In this document: one piece after another, positions 10,804-19,821 of the stretch
Numbering within the stretch: position 1 is the first letter of the stretch
Layout of the letters: each line of letters begins with the position of its first letter
Source of the DNA: Nitrosopumilaceae archaeon
GTDB lineage: Archaea > Thermoproteota > Nitrososphaeria > Nitrososphaerales > Nitrosopumilaceae
Assembly (NCBI GenBank): GCA_965207375.1
Contig: OZ242274.1
Span: forward strand, 1,984,001-2,048,000
Length of the DNA: 64,000 nucleotides
Direction of reading: 5' to 3'
The notes under the pieces: generated by a model
Seen by the model: only the letters and a program-made list of their open reading frames with translations
What the model was told of the DNA's origin: nothing
Database searches by the model: none
Program-made: the position numbers and the translations under genes

Positions 10804-11166
10804 TCAAAATAACGTTAACAGATACGAATCATCTATACCCAGATTCTGCATCGGCATATCAAGCAGTCAGTATCCCAACATGTCGCGCCGAACACAATAG
10901 TAAATGTTTGAGAATTTCTTTGCAACACTTTCGTATATTTCCAGTCTTTTGGCAATTTCCCAAAATATCTTTTCAAACTTTTGTGTCACCTCCTTACCTG
11001 TAAGTTCTGTAGTCATTTCTATCTTTTTTATGATACTATCATACATCTCATCTGTGTCAGAAGGAATTTGTGGTTCATCTACCATGTATCTACCTGTATC
11101 AGTTATGGTAACCTTTGCATCTCCAATATCATACTGTTCTAGTATCGTAACATCAGATGATTTCAT
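10804..11166 (-). pseudogene. N-terminal fragment of a VirB11/FlaI/TadA-type secretion ATPase
   Basis: YYCVRRDMLGY*LLDMPMQNLGIDD resembles the YY..RD..GYG.ID..M.D..IEDI motif; in-frame TGA at 10867-10869; no ATPase domain follows. Confidence 0.7.
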
Positions 11167-11319
11167 ATCTGCACGCAAGAGTCTATAGTCCAATGATATC
11201 ACAGAAATATTTTGTATAAAAGGAACAAGTTTCTGGTTTTTGAAATGTCAGCTTGGTTTGTGCTATACAAGATACATTGACCTACAGTAAATTCTATTTC
11301 TTGTTACAATACATTTTGC

Positions 11320-12814
11320 GTACTTGTTCACCTATTTTTGAGCATTTTTGGCCCTAAATGTACCGAACCAGCTCTACTAGATAATCCTGTCCCAGATTCT
11401 TCCAGGTAGTAACACACGTATACAGATTGCCTCTACGCTCCATACTTTTTTCAGATCTGAGACATCCACGTATTCTCCTGCACACGACATACTCACGCAG
11501 GCTCTGCTCTGCAAGATTGCTTGTAGATGGTATACGAGGGTCTATGACAAACCGGAACATGTCAGGTATGGCCCGTGACAGTTTTGCTACAAATTTACCC
11601 ACAATTTCATCATTGGCATACCTTTTGACAAGGTTACGTGTTCTTTTTTCCAATTGTACAGCATATGATTCTCTGTAATCAGGTGGTTTGTCTAGGACAT
11701 GTTTGCCGTCATGGTATATTTTCTGTAGGCATTGTAGTGTATTTTTTGCAATTTTAGAATCTGGATTCTTTTGTGATATTGTTTTGATTTCACGTATTAG
11801 GTGCGCGTTACATCTCTGGATGATATATCTGCGGTATGGAGGCCATCCGTCACAGGTTATGATTATATCTTGTGAGTCACCTATTATTTCCTTGAGTACG
11901 TTTGCTCCCCTGCTGGGATTAATTATATAGAAATTCTCACTTGTAATTGGATTATGAAACGTCCACAACCATATAGTCTTTCCATGCAGTCGCTCTGATG
12001 TCTCATCTGCTATCAGAATCTCGGCTTCCTGTATCTTTTCTTTTATCTCATTTGCAGGCACAAATAACGCATCAGAGACTGTATCTATGATGTTTTGAAT
12101 ACCTCCTTCAGATATTTCGATTCCACGTCTTTTCATGGCCTCCTTGTTCATACGTACCGGCATGTGATGTATGTGGTTATCCATTATCTCCTTTATCACT
12201 TCATTTCCAAACTGACCTTTTTTTGGAATGTCAACCTCGGGTGTAATGTCAGTAGCTCCACAGCAGTTGCAATGATACCCATGAATCTTGTGCTTGCAAG
12301 TATGTGGAGGAGGAGTTTTTACAATATCAGTTATTATCCTGATTTTGGTGTCTGTATGGTGTATGTCTTGAGAACCACACTTGGTACACGTGTCTAATTT
12401 GTGCTCTTTTTCTTCATCTACTTTGACCTTGCGGGCTACACCTGTGCGACCAGGTTGTCCTCCCTGTTTTTTTCCAGTAGATTTTTTGTTCTCTGCACGT
12501 ATTTTGCGGTCCTGCTTGCGTGTAATGGAATCCTTAGATGGAGGAGTATTGGAATTGTCATGATAGTTGTCACGTTTGGTAAGCTCTTGAATTTTTTTAT
12601 CTTTTTGTAGTAGGAGGTCATCTTTTTGTAATATGATTTTTTGTAAACTTGATACTAGAGATTCAAGAAGAAGGACTTTTCGGTGTTCCTTTTTGTATGC
12701 ACTTTTCCAGTTGATGGTACTCATTATACAACTTGTGAGTCAGAATGATTTAGATCTGATGGTGATCAAAATTTGAACAAATGGTGAAATTGTAGACACC
12801 ACGTGAACAAGTAC
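11320..12814 (-). mobile_element. IS66-family element (single-ORF, ISBst12-like), 1495 bp
   Basis: Perfect 12-bp IRs GTACTTGTTCAC (11320-11331) / GTGAACAAGTAC (12803-12814); 8-bp TSD CATTTTGC at 11312-11319 and 12815-12822. Confidence 0.95.
11354..12724 (-). CDS. IS66 family DDE transposase
   Basis: Coiled coil, NSNTPPSKD, GGQPG, CxxC...CxxC, ADET, CDGW, QRCNAHLIR, SNLAEQSLR. Confidence 0.95.
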   Translation of the reverse strand: MSTINWKSAYKKEHRKVLLLESLVSSLQKIILQKDDLLLQKDKKIQELTKRDNYHDNSNTPPSKDSITRKQDRKIRAENKKSTGKKQGGQPGRTGVARKVKVDEEKEHKLDTCTKCGSQDIHHTDTKIRIITDIVKTPPPHTCKHKIHGYHCNCCGATDITPEVDIPKKGQFGNEVIKEIMDNHIHHMPVRMNKEAMKRRGIEISEGGIQNIIDTVSDALFVPANEIKEKIQEAEILIADETSERLHGKTIWLWTFHNPITSENFYIINPSRGANVLKEIIGDSQDIIITCDGWPPYRRYIIQRCNAHLIREIKTISQKNPDSKIAKNTLQCLQKIYHDGKHVLDKPPDYRESYAVQLEKRTRNLVKRYANDEIVGKFVAKLSRAIPDMFRFVIDPRIPSTSNLAEQSLREYVVCRRIRGCLRSEKSMERRGNLYTCVTTWKNLGQDYLVELVRYI

Positions 12815-12874
12815 CATTTTGCAATCCATAATTATTTCAAGATATAAATTATAGATACACGTAACATTACACAC

Positions 12875-12975
12875 GGTAGGTTTACCTAGCTAGGTAAGGT
12901 GTCGCCCTGAAGCGGTTGCCTCAGAGAGGCGATTGTGTCACGAGCACATCGTGGGTTCGAATCCCACACCTACCG
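12875..12975 (+). tRNA. Intron-containing class II tRNA: Ser-type body, anticodon GAA after 37/38 splicing (identity uncertain)
   Basis: GGTAGGT/ACCTACC acceptor, G73, ACCT/AGGT D stem, TCGCC/GGCGA stem, BHB intron 12913-12926, 18-nt variable region, GTGGG-TTCGAAT-CCCAC. Confidence 0.88.
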
Positions 12976-13291
12976 CTAGAATCTATAACTATATTAATTT
13001 TCAAGACTATATCACGCCTGAAACCATGACACGAAAATACACGTAACAGATCGACTTTCTGAAGTTACTTTGATTTTTAGATGATCCATGAAACTAGACA
13101 GTTAATGCTAAAGAATCGAAAGTGGGAATATTACATATTTTGTAAGTGTTAATGTCATGACTAGGTTTTGACCATTTACAATCAAATTTTTGGCAACATG
13201 ATCTAAATGAGGTCAAATAGCCAAACCATACGTTGACAGATTACAAAAAACTCTAAAGACAAACTAACTAAATCTAAAATTCAAACAGATA

Positions 13292-13720
13292 ATGGAGGTA
13301 CAAGATAACATGTTGCAAAAAAAGATGTCATAATACAAAAAAAGAATGACACAGAAATAAATCTAAAAAATACAGTAAGATAACTAGAAAATGATGTACA
13401 CAATTTAAAAACTATTGTCACTGATCTTAATAAAAAACTCCAATTTTATGATAATACACATACTGTATAATCACGCAAGATGTCAGAAAAGAAGAGAGTT
13501 GAGAATAAAACTGAGAATAAAAACAAGAAAACGACAGGTAAATGAGGAGCACCAAAAGGACACGAAGGTGCAACAAGCCAAAACCTACAAAATTCAAACA
13601 ACACACGCCAGCAAAATGTCCAGAGTATGGTTATGAAGATCTTGAAATTAACGAAACACAGATACGCGACATTACAGACGTACCACAACCAGTACTGCAA
13701 CAGTCTGAAACAACACGTAG
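13292..13720 (+). pseudogene. Degenerate IS66 transposase 5' fragment
   Basis: Frameshifted pieces KLQFYDNTHT, KKTTGK*GAPKGHEG, KCPEYG...IRDITDVPQP parallel the N-terminus of the intact IS66 transposase (NYHDNSNT, KKSTGKKQGGQPG, CTKCG...IRIITDI). Confidence 0.75.
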
Positions 13721-14012
13721 TAATCACAAAAAAGATTGGAATCATAAATTCCATTATTATGGCGTCGTCATGTCTGACTACACGGGTTTGCGTTCCATTC
13801 TTTGTTAAAATCACTATACACACCGATACAACAAATCTCTTTAAATTCTCGAATCTTGAAATGTATGTAATTTCGACTGCTAGTAGCAATGAAATGTATG
13901 CTCCCAATGGTTATCAGGTGTTCACGATGTTAACATTTACAATTTTTTTGAGAACAGATAACTATTCAACATAACGACTTAAGACCACGTACGATATCGT
14001 GTTTTTTATTAT

Positions 14013-14032
14013 CAAAAAAAAAAGAAAAAAAA
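14013..14032 (-). terminator. Poly-T archaeal terminator candidate for the Liv operon
   Basis: Long A-run on + (T-run on -) about 25 nt past the stop of 14058..15386. Confidence 0.45.
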
Positions 14033-14057
14033 TTCCAGTTGCATTTACGCTGTAGAC

Positions 14058-15386
14058 CTAGGAATCAAATTCCAGTTGGCCTGTTTCTGCAACATACTTG
14101 CCTAGACTTATCCAGTTAGAGCCATCAACTGACCATATCTCATAATCAGATATTGCCAAGTCACCAAACTCGTTGAAGATAACCTTGCCTATTGAACCTG
14201 TATGCTCTGCTGCAATATCTGGCAGTGCACTTTTCAGGACATCAGTCTCAATAGAGTCGGTAGATTCAATTGTCTTGCCTAGCACCCAAAGTGAGTCATA
14301 TGCAGAATATGCATAGTTTGAAGGTGCAGAGCCTTTTACAGATTCAAAATGAGCTTTTACGTGCTCGTATGTTTCGTTGTCTGATGCAGCAAACTGTGTT
14401 GTAATCAGATTTACATCATTTGCAAAACCTATAGCTAATGGATCATTAGTTATTGCATCGTCATTTGAGGATGCATCAGAGCCAAACCATTGGACTGTAC
14501 GTAACAATTCAGAGCTCCCGGCGAAGTTCATCAGATGAACAGCTTCTGAGAAGCTAATCATCAAAATTGCAATATTATCGATGTTGTATCCTTCGTTCAT
14601 GTACTGTTGTACCTTGGCATCAATCAAATCCACCTCATTTGAAAATGTTGTACCCTCAGGCGAGTATCGGATTCCTTCATCTACGACAATGCCTAACATT
14701 TCTGCATTATCCCTAGATGAGGCATACAAGCCATCACCCCACACGTCTGCTCTGTACACAGCTATGACAACTTGTATGTCATGATATTGTAACAGCTCAG
14801 CTATTACTACTCCTTGTTGTGTGTCATCAGGTACAAGTCGAAATATGGTGTCATCTATTGCAAGCTTGGGGCTTGTGCTAGATGGACTCAACAATATGAT
14901 TCCATTAGAATCTGCATATGGTTTGATGTTTCTTAGCTCAGAGCTTGACTGAGTGCCCAAAATAAAGTTTACACCTTTTGAGTTTAGCGATTGAATTTTT
15001 TCAAGTGCCACTACAGGGTCAGTCTGCGTGTCCTCTATTATGAGGTTTACACTCCAGCCTGCATCCTTGTCTTGGAGATACTTGTTAAAATCTTCTGCGG
15101 CAAGCTCTACTGCAATATTACTGTCATGTCCATGACTTGCAATATCACCAGTTGCAGGAAGCATAACACCGACATTTACGATGTCAGGCAAAGACATTGA
15201 TTCAGACATCATGTCAGTGTCAGACATTTGGTTTTCCATGTCAGTGTCAGACATTTGGTTTTCCATGTCAGTGTCAGACATTTGGTTTTCCATCATGTCA
15301 GGTGAGTCCTGAAATAGCGATACGGCAGCTATGGCGCCACCAGCTATAATTACAGCTGCAATTATCAAAACGATAGACGTTTTCAT
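14058..15386 (-). CDS. Branched-chain amino acid (Liv-type) ABC transporter substrate-binding protein
   Basis: N-terminal anchor, VGVMLPATG, EDTQTDP, LSPSSTSP, FRLVPDD, YAYSAYD, FNEFGD. Confidence 0.9.
   Translation of the reverse strand: MKTSIVLIIAAVIIAGGAIAAVSLFQDSPDMMENQMSDTDMENQMSDTDMENQMSDTDMMSESMSLPDIVNVGVMLPATGDIASHGHDSNIAVELAAEDFNKYLQDKDAGWSVNLIIEDTQTDPVVALEKIQSLNSKGVNFILGTQSSSELRNIKPYADSNGIILLSPSSTSPKLAIDDTIFRLVPDDTQQGVVIAELLQYHDIQVVIAVYRADVWGDGLYASSRDNAEMLGIVVDEGIRYSPEGTTFSNEVDLIDAKVQQYMNEGYNIDNIAILMISFSEAVHLMNFAGSSELLRTVQWFGSDASSNDDAITNDPLAIGFANDVNLITTQFAASDNETYEHVKAHFESVKGSAPSNYAYSAYDSLWVLGKTIESTDSIETDVLKSALPDIAAEHTGSIGKVIFNEFGDLAISDYEIWSVDGSNWISLGKYVAETGQLEFDS
15210..15290. repeat. 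27-bp tandem repeat x3 (MENQMSDTD)
   Basis: catgtcagtgtcagacatttggttttc at 15210, 15237 and 15264. Confidence 0.93.
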
Positions 15387-15412
15387 TAGATGGAAGAAAT
15401 TACACCTATACT

Positions 15413-16417
15413 TTAAGTATTGTCATATTTTGTGATTTTTTGTGGTATTAGTCCATGTGGCCTAAATATCAACACGACAATCATTATTGCTCCCAATAGC
15501 AAATAATCAAGCCAAATTATATCAAACGGCAGGTATCCATCAAAGGCATCATTATAGTAGATTATCAGTTTTCTTATGCCAATAAAGAGCAAGGTTCCTA
15601 CAAGGACACCGCGGTTATTTGCCATACCGCCTACTATTACCATCACAAATGGCAGAAACGTCCAGTTGAGACGGTTGTATCCAAGTGCCACTACTCCTTC
15701 TACATATCCGGCGTACAGAAGGCCTCCAATTGCGGCAATGGCACCTGCTACCATCATTGTCTTTATTTTTATGCGAATGATGTCCTTGCCAAGGCTTGCC
15801 AAGGCCGTTTCGTCATCACGTACGCCACACAATAGTCGCTTTACAGGCGAGTTTGTCAAGCGCGATACCAAGAAAAACACCACGCCTGCAATACCTAGCA
15901 GTATAAGACTAGATGCCAGAAATCTGTATTCATCAGGAACTATGACAAAGTCCGGTATTGCCATCCCCAAAGTTCCACCGACTAGACCCTCATAGTTTGT
16001 GCCAATAATGCGTATCATCTCACCAAAGGCAAGCAACACTATTGCAAGATAGTCACCTCGCAGTCTGATAGCAGGATATGAGGATACCGCACCAAGGGCT
16101 GCCCCTGTTGCCATGGCAACTAGAATAGTTACTCCAAATACGGCTACTGCGGTACCTGGCTCAGATGCAATGTGTGTGTTGATGGCAGATACTAGGGCAA
16201 AGTTATCATGTATAGGATCAAGACTGCTATCCAGTATTATACCATACAAAAACATTGGAACTATGGCCATCACAAATGCACCTGCACCTACAGCAAGTAC
16301 CTTTCCAAAGTTTGGAACACCAGCAAATCCAAACTCTAGGTTTAAGCTAAGGTTGATGATCAAATATATGGAAAATATTGCAATTAGATCTGCAATAAAA
16401 ATAAGCTCAGCTGCCAC
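15413..16417 (-). CDS. livM: Branched-chain amino acid ABC permease (LivM-like)
   Basis: SLNLEFGFAG.PNFG, RLRGDYLAI, VIVGG, FRPHGL. Confidence 0.85.
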   Translation of the reverse strand: MAAELIFIADLIAIFSIYLIINLSLNLEFGFAGVPNFGKVLAVGAGAFVMAIVPMFLYGIILDSSLDPIHDNFALVSAINTHIASEPGTAVAVFGVTILVAMATGAALGAVSSYPAIRLRGDYLAIVLLAFGEMIRIIGTNYEGLVGGTLGMAIPDFVIVPDEYRFLASSLILLGIAGVVFFLVSRLTNSPVKRLLCGVRDDETALASLGKDIIRIKIKTMMVAGAIAAIGGLLYAGYVEGVVALGYNRLNWTFLPFVMVIVGGMANNRGVLVGTLLFIGIRKLIIYYNDAFDGYLPFDIIWLDYLLLGAIMIVVLIFRPHGLIPQKITKYDNT

Positions 16418-17318
16418 GTACCTTCGCTCCTAACTTGTACACCAAATGTATCAGACCCTGTGGCGAGATCATCAACGTCACAATAATGAATAAAAATGGA
16501 ATGAGTAACTTGTATGGAATAATCCAATATCCAAGCGTTTGTGCAAGTACGTTTGTACCCAAAATTTCAGCCATGCCAACTATAATTCCTCCTAGTATTG
16601 CACCCCATATGTTGCCAAATCCCCCAACAATACTGCCTGCAAATACGGTAGGTAAAATTAGCGCTGCAAGACTTGGATCTCCTTGAAACCAGACAGACAT
16701 CAGTACGCCTGCTATTCCACCCAAGCCCCCACTTACAAACCACGACACACAAAATACCCTACCAGTATTGATGCCAAAGACTTGGGCTAAAGCAGCATTC
16801 TCAATTGATGCCCTCATAGATACGCCAAATTTTGTATGGTATAATAACCAGTACAATATTGCAGAGATGCCAATTACTGCAATCAATGATGTTACAAGCA
16901 CTCCAGGATATCCAAATACAGTATAGTCAAAACTGCGCAGCGTAAAGTCACGTGCCGTAACTTGGTATCCTTGCTGTATGGTATCTGCCAATATGTTAAT
17001 TACACCTATCATGAAAATATCAAAGGCAAGTGTTGCAATGATTAGCACCAAATATGAACTGCGCTTTTTCTGCAATATTCGGATTATACCATAGTACAAA
17101 AACAGGGCAGTGGCACCAGATACTAAAAATGCCAAAGGCAGTGCAGAATACGGTGTCAGTCCCCAAACCTTGGTAGCTATAAACGCCATGTACATTCCAA
17201 GTATTGCAAAACTAGTATGTGCAAAATTTGGTACACCTGTTACCTTGTATGTCAGTGTGAGACCGATACACAAAACGGCCATGACACATGCATAAATGAT
17301 GGCATCTGCTAAAATCAT
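16407..17318 (-). CDS. livH: Branched-chain amino acid ABC permease (LivH-like)
   Basis: GLTLTY...NFAH, TKFGVSMRA, IVGGFG, PQGL. Confidence 0.85.
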   Translation of the reverse strand: MILADAIIYACVMAVLCIGLTLTYKVTGVPNFAHTSFAILGMYMAFIATKVWGLTPYSALPLAFLVSGATALFLYYGIIRILQKKRSSYLVLIIATLAFDIFMIGVINILADTIQQGYQVTARDFTLRSFDYTVFGYPGVLVTSLIAVIGISAILYWLLYHTKFGVSMRASIENAALAQVFGINTGRVFCVSWFVSGGLGGIAGVLMSVWFQGDPSLAALILPTVFAGSIVGGFGNIWGAILGGIIVGMAEILGTNVLAQTLGYWIIPYKLLIPFLFIIVTLMISPQGLIHLVYKLGAKVRGS

Positions 17319-18007
17319 GGGCCCAAACCTAGGTATTTTTGTCCAAGAGATTCATCATCTAACAGCTGTTGTGGGTCTCCTGCATACTGGATGGTACCAG
17401 ATGACACAAGAATGCAGTAATCTGCTATACCAAGCGCTGCCTTTACGTTTTGTTCTACTATTACTGTACAGTTTTGCAGATCGTGTTGTATCTGAGTTAT
17501 TTTGTCTAGTATCATTTTTGCATTTTTAGGCGACAGGGCAGCAGTTGGTTCATCATACAGACACACCTGTGGTTTTTTTTGGATCATCATGGCCATTGCA
17601 AGTAGTTGTCGCTGTCCACCTGAGAGCTTTGATGCCTTTGTGGTACTATATGACTCTAACATTTCAAACATGTTAAACGTATATTCTAAATCAGGCTTTT
17701 CAGGATGCGCTGCCATGATCAAATTCTCATGTACGCTTAGCTCTGAAAACACGTTATGAGTTTGAGCCATGTAAGATATGCCAAGTTTTGATAGTTTGTG
17801 AGTAGATATTCCGGTTATATCGGTATTGTCGTACAATATTGTACCAGAATACACATCACACAGATTCACAATTGAGCGCAGAATAGTTGATTTGCCTGAA
17901 CCGTTAGCACCAATTATTGTTGTAATGTTTTTGCCTACCTCCAAGTCTACCCCGTGTAAAATCTGATGCTTGTCGTATCCACTGTATAGAGATTTTACAG
18001 ATATCAT
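17315..18007 (-). CDS. livF: ABC ATP-binding protein (LivF-like)
   Basis: GANGSGKS, LSGGQRQ, DEPTAALSP, VEQN. Confidence 0.87.
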   Translation of the reverse strand: MISVKSLYSGYDKHQILHGVDLEVGKNITTIIGANGSGKSTILRSIVNLCDVYSGTILYDNTDITGISTHKLSKLGISYMAQTHNVFSELSVHENLIMAAHPEKPDLEYTFNMFEMLESYSTTKASKLSGGQRQLLAMAMMIQKKPQVCLYDEPTAALSPKNAKMILDKITQIQHDLQNCTVIVEQNVKAALGIADYCILVSSGTIQYAGDPQQLLDDESLGQKYLGLGP

Positions 18008-18009
18008 GA

Positions 18010-18747
18010 TTACTTCAAATATGACGATATAACTATGGGGTTTTGCATTATTTTTTCCGGCGTGTCTTGCGCTATAATTTTGCCCTCACTCATAACATAC
18101 ACATAATCTGCATATTGCAGTGCAATGTCTAGTCTGTGTTCTATGACACAAAATGTAATGTGTTGTGTGAGGCAAATATCGGTAATTTTTTCAAATATCT
18201 GATGTGCAAGATTTGGTGCAATTCCTGCTATTGGCTCATCTAAGAGTACGGTACTACAGTCAGCCATTAGTGTTTTTCCAAGCTCTAACAACTTTATCTG
18301 TCCGCCTGATAACTCGTATGCCAGATTATACTTTAGATGTGTAATGCTTAAGGTATCAAGGATTTCGTGTGCCCGTTTTAGGTTCTTTGTTTGCACTTTT
18401 TTGTATCGTCCCATTAGTGCGGTTAAAAAAGAGTATCCAGGATTCTCTGCTGCCAACAGCAAATTATCTAGTACCGACAGACTGCTAAAGAGTCGGGGTT
18501 TCTGAAATGTTCTCATCATGCCTGATTTGAATCTCTTGTGCATCGGATACTTTGTGATATCAGTGTCGTTTAGTGTAATGCTGCCTGCATCTATGTCGTA
18601 GAGTCCAGATGCGGCATTGATAAGAGTGGTCTTGCCTGAGCCGTTTGCGCCAATCAGGAGGTTTATCTTGGATTTTTGTAGAGATAATGTTGCTCCATCA
18701 AGTGCTGCCACCCCGCCAAAATGTTTGTGTATGTTTTGAGCATGCAT
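18010..18747 (-). CDS. livG: ABC ATP-binding protein (LivG-like)
   Basis: FGGVAAL, GANGSGKT, RTFQ, LSGGQ, DEPIAG, IEH. Confidence 0.87.
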   Translation of the reverse strand: MHAQNIHKHFGGVAALDGATLSLQKSKINLLIGANGSGKTTLINAASGLYDIDAGSITLNDTDITKYPMHKRFKSGMMRTFQKPRLFSSLSVLDNLLLAAENPGYSFLTALMGRYKKVQTKNLKRAHEILDTLSITHLKYNLAYELSGGQIKLLELGKTLMADCSTVLLDEPIAGIAPNLAHQIFEKITDICLTQHITFCVIEHRLDIALQYADYVYVMSEGKIIAQDTPEKIMQNPIVISSYLK

Positions 18748-18874
18748 TATGATGTGTTGATTGCCAGATGTTTAATAGTATTTTTATAAAGTATGCTTTT
18801 AGCCAAGTGGCAATGCAGATCAAGAACATCATAATTGCAGAATAGTTCAGAAATCAGACAGGTGTATGTACGGT

Positions 18875-19741
18875 TCAGGGTTTTTTGGCAATTATCAGAT
18901 CAACTTTGTACCTGATCTCGGTGCGCGTGTTAATTTTCAGATTCCAAGGAATAAAGCTTGGATTTTTGGTTTTTGAAATAATTTTTAGATTCATATCACA
19001 TAGATGATTTCTCAATGTTTGTGCATTCAAAGGATGCCTTACAGAAAGTGAACCGCGTCTGTCATCATAGGGGGTAGACAAGAGTAAAAATCCCTTGAAT
19101 TGCCTGTACAAAATAGAAAGAAAAATTTTAGGCTCCACAATGTCTAACAGATTCAAAGATATTACGGTATCAAATTTTAGATTGCCAAATGGATGATTCA
19201 GTGAATCAGATACAAAAAAATCAGCAGTTACATGAAACTTTTGTTTTGCATGCAAAAGTGCAGCAAAGGATTGATCAATTCCAAATGCTACATCAGTATG
19301 TCTTGAGATGTGTTTTGTTACAAGTCCATTGGAGCAGCCATGTTCTAAAACCATGCCTGTAGAGATTTTGGATGCTTTATTTTTTATAACAGAGTAAAAT
19401 TTTGTGTTTTTGCTATTAAGATATACATTTGCCCAATGCTGTTCATGACCGCTTTTATCTGCAGCAGATTTTGCATGCAATAAAGCTTTTTTTATAAAAG
19501 ATTTTAGTTTTAAATTTTTGGATTTGTGATACATCATATTGCCGTGTAATTTTCGTGCCTTCAAATAAGAATCAAAGGTATTCCAAAGTATGGGAATTTT
19601 CATAACAATTGGAAACACCAATGAACAATCATGACAGCGTAAAAACCCTTCATGGATTTCTTTATCTTCTTCTAAAATTTCCAATTCCAATTTACCGTTG
19701 CACCCCACACAGAAAAGAAAATCCAAGCTAAATTGATGCAT
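18875..19741 (-). CDS. Trm112-like Zn domain fused to class I SAM methyltransferase
   Basis: N-terminal C..C...EG.L.C..C...FPI...IP; VLEHGCSNG, GID, PF...FD. Confidence 0.8.
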   Translation of the reverse strand: MHQFSLDFLFCVGCNGKLELEILEEDKEIHEGFLRCHDCSLVFPIVMKIPILWNTFDSYLKARKLHGNMMYHKSKNLKLKSFIKKALLHAKSAADKSGHEQHWANVYLNSKNTKFYSVIKNKASKISTGMVLEHGCSNGLVTKHISRHTDVAFGIDQSFAALLHAKQKFHVTADFFVSDSLNHPFGNLKFDTVISLNLLDIVEPKIFLSILYRQFKGFLLLSTPYDDRRGSLSVRHPLNAQTLRNHLCDMNLKIISKTKNPSFIPWNLKINTRTEIRYKVDLIIAKKP

Positions 19742-19821
19742 GTAAATAAGGAAAATTTGAGTTTAATACATATTTTTGATTCAAGATAATATTAAATGGT
19801 GTTTTAAATCCAATTTGGAAC

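Noticed and set aside
12933-12950. Second intron explaining the long variable arm of the GAA tRNA
   Set aside because: No bulge-helix-bulge can be drawn at the required cut sites, and the D arm and G73 are also class II-like
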